This document shows positions 20,063 to 29,585 of a stretch of 64,000 nucleotides of DNA, in pieces. The notes below the pieces were generated by a model. The model saw only the letters and a program-made list of their open reading frames with translations. It searched no databases and was not told the DNA's origin. Source of the stretch: an uncultured Holophagales bacterium (GTDB taxonomy: Bacteria; Acidobacteriota; Thermoanaerobaculia; Multivoradales; UBA5704); the NCBI GenBank assembly GCA_963842525.1, contig CAWJGT010000019.1:1-64000 (forward strand), in the 5' to 3' direction. Both the position numbers and the translations under genes were made by a program. Numbering within the stretch: the stretch's first letter is position 1; each line of letters begins with the position of its first letter.

Positions 20063-21730
20063 GTGACGACGATCCTGGAGAGCAAGGTCCAGCGCGGCGA
20101 GGCGTTCGAGCGGCAGGCGGAGCACTGGCGGGCGGAGGTGCAGCGCCTCCGCGAGCAGGAGGACCGCATCCGGCTCGGCGGCGGCCTCAAGGCCCAGGAC
20201 CGGCAGCGCGCCCAGGGGAAGATGACCGCCCGCAAGCGCGTCGAGGCCCTCTGCGATCCGGGAGCCCCCTTCCTCGAGCTCGGCCTCTGGGCGGCTCACG
20301 GCTTCTATGAAGAGTACGGCGGCGCCCCGGCGGCCGGCGTTGTCGTGGGGATCGGAAAGATCCATGGCCGCGACGTGGTGGTGGTCTCCAACGACGCCAC
20401 GGTCAAGGCCGGCGCCTGGTTCCCCATGACCTGCAAGAAGGTCCTGCGCGCCCAGGAGATCGCCCTGGAAAACCGGTTGCCGATCGTCTACCTGGTGGAT
20501 TCGGCGGGCGTCTTCCTCCCCCTCCAGGACGAGATCTTCCCGGACAGGGAGCACTTCGGCCGGGCCTTCTACAACAACGCCCGTCTCTCCGCCGAAGGGG
20601 TCTTCCAGATGGCGGCTATCATGGGCTCCTGCGTGGCCGGCGGCGCCTACCTCCCCATCATGAGCGACGAGTCCCACATCGTGGAGGGGACAGGCTCGAT
20701 CTTCCTCGCCGGCTCGCACCTGGTGAAGGCGGCGATCGGCGAGCAGGTCGACAACGAGGAGCTCGGCGGCGCCCTGGTCCAGTGCGACATCTCCGGCGTG
20801 GTGGACCACCGCCATCCGGACGACGCCTCGTGCCTGGCGAAGATCCGCAGCCAGTTCGCCCAGCTCGCCGTTCCACCGATGGCCCCTTTCGCCCGCCGCG
20901 AGCCCGTGGAGCCCCTTTACCCGGCCGAGGACCTCTACGGCCTGATGCCGGTCGACCGGTCGCGCCCGTACGACACCTACGAGGTCCTGGCGCGCCTGCT
21001 CGACGGCAGCGAGCTCGACGAGTACAAGGCCACCTACGGCCGCACCCTGATCTGCGGCACCGGCTGGATCGGCGGCTGGCCCGTGGGCATCGTGGCCAAC
21101 CAGCGCTCGATCGTGCCGCGGAAGATTGGCACCGGCCAGCAGGACCGCGAGCTCCAGATCGGCGGCGTCATCTATTCCGATTCGGCGGACAAGGCGGCGC
21201 GCTTCGTCGAGCTGTGCAACCAGAAGAAGATCCCGCTCTTCTTCCTCCAGGACGTGACCGGCTTCATGGTAGGGAGCCGGGCCGAGCGCGGCGGCATCAT
21301 CAAGGACGGCGCCAAGCTGGTCAACGCCGTCGCCAACTCGACGGTCCCCAAGATCGCCCTTTTCGCCGGCAATTCCTATGGCGCCGGCAACTACGCCATG
21401 TGCGGCAAGGCCTACGGCCCGCGCTTCCTCTATGCCTGGCCCTCGGCCTCCATCGCGGTGATGGGAGGAGACCAGGCGAGCAACACCCTGCTCTCGATCC
21501 AGCTCAAGAACCGGGGCGCCGACGTCTCCGAGGAGGAGAAGCAGCAGCGCCTCGCCGAGATCCGCGCCCGCTACGCCGCCGCCATGGACCCCCGCTACGC
21601 CGCCGCCCGCCTCTGGGTGGACGCCCTCATCGACCCCGCCGAGACCCGTCAGATCCTCGCCCGCTCGCTGGCCAGCGCGGCGATGAACCCGAACATCCCG
21701 GAGTTCAGGACGGGCGTGCTTCAGACGTAG
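20063..21730 (+). CDS. Acyl-CoA carboxylase carboxyltransferase subunit (methylcrotonyl-CoA carboxylase beta-like, called mccB here)
   Basis: NDATVKAG, YLVDSAGVFLPLQ, GSCVAGGAY, QDVTGFMVG, SYGAGNYAMCG and ARLWVDALIDP. Confidence 0.95.
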   Translation: MTTILESKVQRGEAFERQAEHWRAEVQRLREQEDRIRLGGGLKAQDRQRAQGKMTARKRVEALCDPGAPFLELGLWAAHGFYEEYGGAPAAGVVVGIGKIHGRDVVVVSNDATVKAGAWFPMTCKKVLRAQEIALENRLPIVYLVDSAGVFLPLQDEIFPDREHFGRAFYNNARLSAEGVFQMAAIMGSCVAGGAYLPIMSDESHIVEGTGSIFLAGSHLVKAAIGEQVDNEELGGALVQCDISGVVDHRHPDDASCLAKIRSQFAQLAVPPMAPFARREPVEPLYPAEDLYGLMPVDRSRPYDTYEVLARLLDGSELDEYKATYGRTLICGTGWIGGWPVGIVANQRSIVPRKIGTGQQDRELQIGGVIYSDSADKAARFVELCNQKKIPLFFLQDVTGFMVGSRAERGGIIKDGAKLVNAVANSTVPKIALFAGNSYGAGNYAMCGKAYGPRFLYAWPSASIAVMGGDQASNTLLSIQLKNRGADVSEEEKQQRLAEIRARYAAAMDPRYAAARLWVDALIDPAETRQILARSLASAAMNPNIPEFRTGVLQT

Positions 21731-21962
21731 AATGTGAAAATTGGAGGACCGGTCCATGGGCATCATCCACATCGACCTGCCCGAGAGCGTCCTGTTCGCG
21801 ACAGGCCAATCGGAAGAGGAATTCGTCCGCGAGGCGAAGCTCGTCCTCGCATTACGGATGTTCGAGCAGGGCCGGATCTCTTCCGGCCGGGCAGCCGAGC
21901 TCTGCGGCCTGCCCAGAGTGGACTTCCTCTTCGCTGCCGGACGGGCGGGCATCCCTGTCGCA
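21600..21962 (+). repeat. 363-bp direct repeat, copy 1 (mccB 3' end plus UPF0175 gene)
   Basis: Collinear with 28642-29004. Confidence 0.95.
21756..21962 (+). pseudogene. UPF0175 antitoxin-like gene, 3'-truncated and chimeric
   Basis: Same protein as 28798..29049 up to GIPVA, then runs into an srkA-derived fragment. Confidence 0.85.
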
Positions 21963-21963
21963 C

Positions 21964-22092
21964 GGGTTGCACCGCAAGCCGCCGGCTTCGACGGCGGCCA
22001 GTACCTTCTCGGGCGTCAGAGTCGAGTCAGGAACAGGTCGGTCGCGGGCTCGAGGTGGGTCGAAGACGTCATGGGGACAATGTAGCACGGCC
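21964..22092 (-). pseudogene. Diverged copy of the srkA 5' end and upstream region
   Basis: Aligns to 35520-35646 (LTPEKVLAAVEAGGLRCNP) with synonymous substitutions, a 5-bp duplication and a 3-bp deletion. Confidence 0.9.
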
Positions 22093-22174
22093 GGTCCGGG
22101 CAAGCAGAGGTAGCCGTAAACATTTTGCCGGGCGTCGGTGTCTAAAGCTTTGTCGCTCGGCCCAGAGCGCTTCA

Positions 22175-22335
22175 GTGTTCTTCGATCCCTTCAGAAAACG
22201 ATCTGCCACAAGGTTAAGTCTGACATTATGCTCAAGAAACGCTTTGAGGCCCGCGAGCACCGAGGAGAACCCCTGCGTCGAGTCGGTCACCTGTTTCACA
22301 AGCTCGTCTCCGTCGCCGGTGAAACCGGCCTTCGA
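22175..22335 (-). pseudogene. C-terminal fragment of an SRPBCC/AHSA1-like protein
   Basis: AGFTGDGDELVKQVTDSTQGFSSVLAGLKAFLEHNVRLNLVADRF resembles the terminal helix of SRPBCC proteins. No 5' part present. Confidence 0.65.
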
Positions 22336-22839
22336 TTCCTTGCGGCAGCGGCAATACTATTGCTCAGCTTCTTCATTTTCTCGCGACCAGCCCCTGCGGC
22401 GGTGAAGGGCGTCGTAGACGTTGACGAGGATGCTCTGGCTCGGCTGCCCGCCGAAGCACAGGAAACTGTTCGCAAGGTGCTCGTTCCCGTGTTGGGACCC
22501 CGAGATGGTGCCTCTGCAGATCAGGCGAAGGTCCTCGTCCTGGGCCGTGGTGAGCACTACAGCCTGAAGGTGGCGATGCCTGATTATGGCTGGATCCTCT
22601 ATGGCGGAGGTCCGCCGCTTACAGACATGCCTGAGCCCAAGCCCCGCCTCGCGCATATCAAGCTCCGAGGCGAAGGAGGAATGATTTCGGTCAGTGAAGA
22701 GGTGTGGAACCTGGTCTGGACCGAGAACGGCGTGCGCTATCACCTGACGTTTGCGTGTGAAATGTGGGCGGCTCATTTGTGCGCGACGCCTGATGCCGCA
22801 GTCGATGTGATGGACGATCTCGTGCTCATCCGGAGGTAA
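22228..22839 (+). CDS. Exported hypothetical protein, partner of the M23 peptidase (start uncertain)
   Basis: Signal-like LAAAAILLLSFFIFSRPAPA and C-terminal WTENGVRYHLTFAC...C. The stop is 2 bp before the M23 start. Confidence 0.7.
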   Translation: MLKKRFEAREHRGEPLRRVGHLFHKLVSVAGETGLRFLAAAAILLLSFFIFSRPAPAAVKGVVDVDEDALARLPAEAQETVRKVLVPVLGPRDGASADQAKVLVLGRGEHYSLKVAMPDYGWILYGGGPPLTDMPEPKPRLAHIKLRGEGGMISVSEEVWNLVWTENGVRYHLTFACEMWAAHLCATPDAAVDVMDDLVLIRR

Positions 22840-22841
22840 AC

Positions 22842-25800
22842 GTGCGGCATACGCGGATCACGTCTCTCTTTCTCTTTTTCGCTGTAATTCACTCTGTCCT
22901 CCTGTTCGCCGAGGACTTCAACTACTTGCCGCCGGGTGACTTGATCCCCGGCACCGGCACGGGCGTCAACGACTGCACGACGCATGTTCCGTCGCCGCTC
23001 CTGTACCCGATCCGTCAGTACCCTTCCTTCCCCAAGTCCCAGGTGCACAACGACCCCCAGGGCTTGTGCCTGTCCGCCAGCAAATATGATCACCCCTGGC
23101 GCGACAACTTCTGCGAGTGCCGTTCCCGGGAAGCCAGCGACACCCCGGAATGCCCTGCCCAGGGCAGCAACTGTACTTCTGGCGAAGACGGCCACCATCA
23201 AGGCGTGGATATCCTCCCTCCGACGTGCGCCAATAATTCGACCTACGAGGTCGTCGCCGTGGCCTCCGGGAATCTTCAGCGCGTCAACAGCTACGTCGTC
23301 GATCTCACGCCGGACAACGCACCGGGGATCACCTATCGATACCTGCACATGTCGAACGTCATCGCCGACCAGCATGTCGAGCGCGGAGCCGTGATCGGGA
23401 ACGTCTCCAACGTATTCACGGCGCCGACAACGATACATCTGCACTTCGAGATTCTTGTCAATGGACGCCACGTCTCGCCATACATGACCTTGCTCGATGC
23501 CTATCGACAGACGATCGGCAGGATCGCGCCCGGCGCCCGGGTCCGCGCCACAAAAGCCCTGACTGTGCATGGCAGCGCGGCGGGAAGCACGATCACCTCC
23601 AAGGCAGCAGGTGCGACCGGAGTCGTTGTGGGGAACACGCAGCAAGCCAACTACGAGGGCAACTGTTGGATCTGGAAGCAGATTCAGTGGGATGATGGCC
23701 TGGTCGGATACTCCCAGGATAACTACCTCGCCGTCGTTGCGCCGACCAGCCTCGTACAGGTCAATCATGCCGGGAGCCTGATGCCGGCCGGCTCCTCCAG
23801 CAACGCCTCTGTCGTCACTCTTGGGGGCCACGTGACCTCGCCGACAGGGAAAGACGTGGCTCTGGAAGTCGAGCTGCGACGTCTGGATGAGTTTGGCGGC
23901 TCGTTCACCGGCTCGAAGACCCACGAAGCGGCTCTACGACCCAGCGGCACGACAACCAGCCTTTGCGTTTCGGGTTTGATCAATGGGACCTACCATTGGC
24001 GGGCTCGGGTCCGCGACAGCAACGGCAGCTTTACGCCCTGGCAGTCCTTCGGAGGAAACTCCGACAGCGCAGGAGACTTCTCGGTTCAGGAGACCGTCTG
24101 CGGTGTCTGTGCTCCGTGGCCCAGCGAGCCGGATAATCCAATGCTGGCCGCAGGCGCATGTACGCCAACAGCGCAAGCGCCCGCAGTAACCACCACGGAT
24201 GCAACAGGCATCACGCAGGCGAGCGCCAGCCTCAACATGTCGGTCGATCCGAACGGGGCGTCAACCAACGTCTATTTCGACTATGGCCCGACGACAAGCA
24301 TGTCCCTGGTCACGAGCTCAAAAAATGTCGGCGCAGGAAACGCCTCGATTCCGGCGAGTATCACGGTGACTGGCCTTGCCTGCAATACGAAGTACTACTA
24401 CCGGGCGCGCGCATCGAATTCCGCCGGAGCTGCAACACCACCTGGGGGAATGCTCTCCTTCACGACCAGCTCCTGCGGAGGCGGCTCCCAGGCTCTGCAG
24501 CTCGTAGCAGACCCAAGCTTCGAGGCTGGACCCAACGGCTGGTGGGTTGCAAGCCCCGCTTTCTATATCGATGGCAGACCCAGCTTCACCAATCCCCGCA
24601 CGGGAAACAACTATGCATTCCTCTCCAATCCCGATGGGAGCCGGGGGAACAACTTGACTGGAGGGATGATCTCGCCCTCCGTCACGATCCCTTCAAATGC
24701 GACCGACCTGGATCTCCGGTTCTGGTACAGCATCACTAGCGACGAGGCTACGTCGAGCCCGGCCCTCGACAAGCTGGAGGTCTTCCTCGTCCGACCAGGA
24801 AATCAGCTCACCCTGATCACGACTCTGTCCAATGTGAATGAAAACGGGACCACGTACAGCCTGCGGTCCGAGGATATCTCCTCGTCGTTCTACGGCGACA
24901 CCGTGCAGATCTTCTTCAGAGGTACGACCAACGGAAGCCTGCCGACCGTCTTCCGGATCGATGATGTGACGCTCGAGGTTGCTCGGCCTTCCGGCGGCCC
25001 GCCGACGGTCTCGACGTCACCGGCCGACCAGGTGACGGCGGTCTCCGCGCGGCTCGGCATGACCGTCAATCCCAATGGGGCGAACACAGAGGTATGGTTC
25101 AACCTCGACCCGAACGACTCGACTCCCTCGACCGATACAGAGCGCTTCTCAGTCGGCGCCGGAACCCAGAATCAGGCCGTCTCCTGGACTGCCTATGGGC
25201 TGACCTGCGGCACGACCTACTATTTCCGCGCGCATGCGGGCAATAGTTTTGACTCGAGCGAAAGCGGCAGCATCCTGTCCTTTACGACATCTGCCTGCTC
25301 TGGTGGCGCCCCGCGAGCCGACACGGAAGCGGCAACGAACATCACACGGGATGCGGCAACATTGAATGCAAGGCCGGACGCCAATGGTCTTGCCACGGAG
25401 GCTTGGTTCGAGTGGGGAGAGACCAGCAGCCTGGGCCTGCAAACCCCGCGGCAACCGATCGGCTCGGCGGTCGGCAGGGTCAACTATTCGTACCGCCTGA
25501 CCGGCCTCTCCTGTGGACGGACCTACTATTTCGAAAATCACGCGGCGAACGCCGCGGACGAGGATGACGGCGCAACCCTCTCGTTCACGACAGCTTCGTG
25601 CGACCTCCCGTCTCCGAGCAGTGAGCTGCTGCTCTTCACCTCGCGGCAGGCGTGCTCTGGAACCGCGCCGGCCGTGCTCCTGGGATGGACCATGCCTCAA
25701 GGCGCCGACCCTCTGGTTACCATCCGCAGGGCCGACGGCCAGTATGCCGCCACGGTCAACACAGCGGTCAAAGGGCCGGTGCATGAGATCGACTCCGGGC

Positions 25801-27966
25801 TCGCGTTCGGGAATGTCTATCGATTCACCGTGGAGGCGCAGGTTGGTGGAGCGACACTCGTCTCGAATCGAGCTCGCCATCCCCATAGCGTCTGATGAGT
25901 GCAGGCTTCCGGCCGCCGAAGGAGATCCGCCGCATCGGCCGGTGCTCTGGGCGGAGAGGCCCTTCTGTGAAAACGGTGTCGCGAAGGTGAGGCTGTGGTG
26001 GACCGAGGCCCTGGGGGCGCAATCCTACTCACTCCAGCGGATCGGTGCCTACATGCCGTCGGCGACCTACGACAACATCACGGAAAGAAGCTTCGTGGAC
26101 TCCAACCTCACGCCCGGAGGTGGTACGGTCTATCAGCTCAGCGCGCGCAACAACAGCGGCTCGATCAGCTCGTGGAATGTGAGCGTGATCGTCCCCGGGA
26201 CCGTCTGCAGCACGGCAGGAGCGCCAGGGTCGTTCTCGGCAACGATGGGGGATCCCGTCTGCGACGAGGGTGAGGGGACAGCAACCCTTCAATGGGGGCA
26301 GAGCACCGGTTCTGCACAGGACTATCGCCTCTTTGAGTTTTCAGACCACCTGCTCTGGCGGTTGGATGATGACCAGGACGATTTCAGCGACGATGTTAAC
26401 CACCTTGACCTCGGAACAGTGGCTCGTGTAGTGGTTCAAGCAGAATCCGCAACGACTCCTGGCAGGTTCCGCGAAGCACACCCGGTGGCAAAGCTCATTC
26501 CGCTCGACGTGTGTGGCGCGAGCACCGCACGCCCGACCGTGGGGACCGCAACAGCATCGTCTGTGCGTACGGATCAGGCACTCTTGAAAGTCAGTGTCAC
26601 TGCCAACGGCTCGGACACCAGCGCCCAATTCCAGTGGGGCACATCCAGCGCCTACGGTTTCCAGACACCTTCCCGGGTGATCGGCAACAAGCACAGCGCC
26701 GTCACTCTTGGAGAGGTCCTGACCGGCCTCTCCTGCGGCACGACCTATCATTTCCGCGCCGTGGCATCCAACGCGCAGGGAACCACGCTTGGAAACGGCG
26801 GAACCTTTACAACGCTGCCGTGCACGCCACCGCCTGTCTGCACAGTCGGCATGGTCAACCCCGCAGGGGGCGAGACATGGGTCAAGGGCAGCGCACAGAC
26901 CATCCGGTGGAGCGCAGGGCCGGGGTGTGTCGAATTCGCTGTACGCCTGGTGCGCACCGCCTCCGGCGACAACCTTTCGATCGCAAGCTTCCTGGCCGGC
27001 GACAGCTTCGCGTTCGTGCCACCGGCCTGGCTTGTGCCGGGCTCGGGCTATCAGGTCAAAGTCATCGGCTTCAACTCGGATGGGCTTGGCACTCCCGAGA
27101 GCACGGCGACTTCAAACGCTTTCAGCGTCGTCAATCCCTCGGTCCTGCCGGCCGTCATCTTCGAGGACACGGTGGAGGGCAATGACGACCTCAACTGGTC
27201 CAGTTATGGATGGGGCATCATCGGAGGCGATGAGTTTTCCCACAGCCCGACACACTCCCATGCGAACATCCCGGCGTTCTTCGGGACGGATGTCACGAGC
27301 TATCTCTTGAGCCCGAAGCTGGACCTCGGCGGGCGCAGTTCCCTCCTCCTGACCTTCTGGCAGCGCTTCGAGTCTCCGAGCTTCGGGAGCGTTCAGATCT
27401 GGATCAAGGATGCGGAGGGAGGCTACTGGCACGTGCGCCAGCTCACTGACTGGCATACCGATTGGCGGCCGGTGACCATTGACTTGAGCCGCTTCCTGGG
27501 AGAGCCCTGGATCCAGCTTTCTTTCGAGTCCTATACTCCGAATGGCCCGGCGGCGGGCTCCTGGTTTGTCGACGACATTCGTGTCTATGAGCCCGGGCCG
27601 ACCGACTTTTACACTGTAGCCCCGTGCCGGGTCGTAGACACCAGGCAAGGGCAGTCGCCGCTTCTTCCAGGAGCCGTGCGGTCGTTTGCCGTGGCAGGTG
27701 CCTGCGGAATACCTCCGACGGCCCGCGCCGTGTCACTCAACGTCACTGCCGTGAATCCCACATCGGGAGGCTATATCAACCTCTTTCCAGCCGATCGCGC
27801 ACAGCCGGCCACGAGCACGGTCAATTTCACCGCAGGCCGGGTTCGGGCAAACAATGCAATTCTCGGTCTGTCCGAGGACGGGCGGCTTGCCGCCTCTGTC
27901 AGCAGCGCCGGCCAGGTGGATCTGGTGATCGACGTCAACGGATATTTTGCAGACAGCCCTCCGTAG
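22842..27966 (+). CDS. Giant secreted multidomain M23 metallopeptidase (~1700 aa; indel near 25870): M23, SH3-like, FN3-like repeats, jelly-roll domains and C-terminal PCRVVDTR domain
   Basis: Signal peptide, HQGVD and HLH zinc motifs, four GLxCxxxYxxxxxAxN FN3-like units, GGETW...IRW module, and terminal FYTVAPCRVVDTR...IDVNGYF. Visibly lower GC than flanks. Confidence 0.85.
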
Positions 27967-28057
27967 GTGGGCTTTGCCCAGGAGTTCTACCCCCGCTGAC
28001 CCGGCACACAAGGGGCCGGTGGATTTCCCTGGCCTCCGAGTTTGCGGAGCGCGCGGT

Positions 28058-28642
28058 GGTATCATTCCACTCCATGCTCCCCTCAAGGCTGCGGCGTGGC
28101 GCTCTGGCGCTCTTCCTCTGTTCCATTCCCTGCCTCTGCCAGGCCGGCCTTACGCCGCGCCTGGTGCGTGACATCGATGAGACTTCCTATGCCGGCAGCT
28201 CCAGCCCGCGACAGTTCGTGGGTGTGGAGCACGGCGTGGCGTTCACCGCTTTCGGAGGACGCGAGCTGTGGATCCTCGCGCCGCAGGACCCGCTTGAAGT
28301 CAACGTTCCGCTCGGAGTGGACAGGCGCCTCCTCCTCACGATCTCCGGCGGCGGACTCGGCCTTCCCAATCCACGGGAAGCGCGTGGGCCGGCTCGGGCG
28401 CGGTCTACACGAATCCACTTCAGTGGTACAGCCCCGTCCAGCCCCGTCGTCTTCGAGGCCGACCGGGGAACGGGGCGTGGCCTGTGGACAGTCAACTATG
28501 GGACCGGCCCCGTCGAGCTCGCCAAGCCGCTGCCGCTGGAGGATGGCAGTCTGCTGCGGGATTTCATACCCGAGAGATGGACGAGCTACTTCATCGCCCG
28601 CCATCGCACGCTGGGGACCGCCCTGTGGAAGACCGATGGCAC
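28058..28642 (+). pseudogene. Scrambled copy of the 5' end of the ELWxxDGT gene at 39643
   Basis: Aligns to 39629-40253 with an inversion, an out-of-order segment, a deletion and a 10-bp duplication. Confidence 0.92.
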
Positions 28643-29004
28643 CGCCGCCCGCCTCTGGGTCGACGCCCTCATCGACCCCGCCGAGACCCGCCAGGTCCTC
28701 ACCCGCTCGCTGGCCGCTGCGGCGATGAACCCGAACATCCCGGAGTTCAAGACCGGGGTGCTGCAGACGTAGAATGTGAAGATCGGAGGACCGGTCCATG
28801 GGCATCATCCACATCGACCTGCCCGAGAGCGTCCTGTTCGCGACAGGCCAATCGGAAGAGGAATTCGTCCGCGAGGCGAAGCTCGTCCTCGCATTACGGA
28901 TGTTCGAGCAGGGCCGGATCTCTTCCGGTCGGGCAGCCGAGCTCTGCGGCCTGCCCAGAGTGGACTTCCTCTTCGCTGCCGGACGGGCGGGCATCCCTGT
29001 CGCA
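28642..29004 (+). repeat. 363-bp direct repeat, copy 2 (mccB 3' end plus UPF0175 gene)
   Basis: Collinear with 21600-21962. Confidence 0.95.
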
Positions 29005-29049
29005 GACCTCGATGCAGCCGAATTGGATCGAGAGTTTGCGGATGACTGA
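28798..29049 (+). CDS. UPF0175 family putative antitoxin
   Basis: LALRMFEQGRISSGRAAELCGLPRVDF...ELDRE; overlaps a PIN gene. Confidence 0.88.
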   Translation: MGIIHIDLPESVLFATGQSEEEFVREAKLVLALRMFEQGRISSGRAAELCGLPRVDFLFAAGRAGIPVADLDAAELDREFADD

Positions 29050-29272
29050 AGGGCCAATCGTCTGTAACGCCGGACCTCTCATCGCCCTCTCGATCGTTGG
29101 ACAGCTCGGGCTCCTCGAAAAGCTCTATCGCCGCGTGCTGGTTCCGCATGCTGTCATCCAGGAGGTCGTGGGCGCCGGAGCCGGCAGGATCGGGGCTGCC
29201 GAGGTTGCGGTCGAAACGCCGGTAAAGTCGATCTGCAGCCGATACCAGTTTGCGACGCTGTGTCTTCGGTAG
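29042..29272 (+). pseudogene. PIN-domain (DUF3368/VapC-like) toxin, truncated after ~56 codons
   Basis: IVCNAGPLIALSIVGQLGLLEKLYRRVLVPHAVIQEV, followed by unrelated sequence. Confidence 0.8.
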
Positions 29273-29414
29273 ACCCGCGCCATCTCTTTTACGGCATGAT
29301 CTACGAGGGTTCCTGCCTTGACATATGTTAACTCATCTGAGAGTTCGGCTAGCAGCGTTGGATCGGGCAATTCGACGAGGTTCGCACGTTCCTTGCCGAT
29401 CGCCTCGACGTCGA

Positions 29415-29585
29415 GAGAAACAGCAGCGCCTCGCCGAAATCCGTGCCCGCTACGCCGCCGCCCGCCTCTGGGTCGACGCCCTCATCGACCCCGCCGAGAC
29501 CCGCCAGGTCCTCACCCGCTCGCTGGCAAGCGCGGCGATGAATCCGAACATCCCGGAGCTCAGGACCGGGGTGTTGCAGACTTAG
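29415..29585 (+). pseudogene. Third copy of the mccB 3' end
   Basis: Aligns to 21536-21730 with a 24-bp deletion between cccgctacgccgccgcc repeats. Confidence 0.93.

Noticed and set aside
28058-28642. DGR template/variable repeat pair with 39629-40253
   Set aside because: Differences are not adenine-specific, the copy covers the 5' end, and no reverse transcriptase is present.
27624-28772. 382-aa ORF as a real fusion gene
   Set aside because: It is a read-through of scrambled ELWxxDGT pieces, part of them out of frame, into the mccB tail.
21600-29585. Prophage or ICE bounded by attL/attR
   Set aside because: No integrase, phage or conjugation genes. The repeats are long, unequal and diverged rather than a short identical core, although action in trans cannot be excluded.
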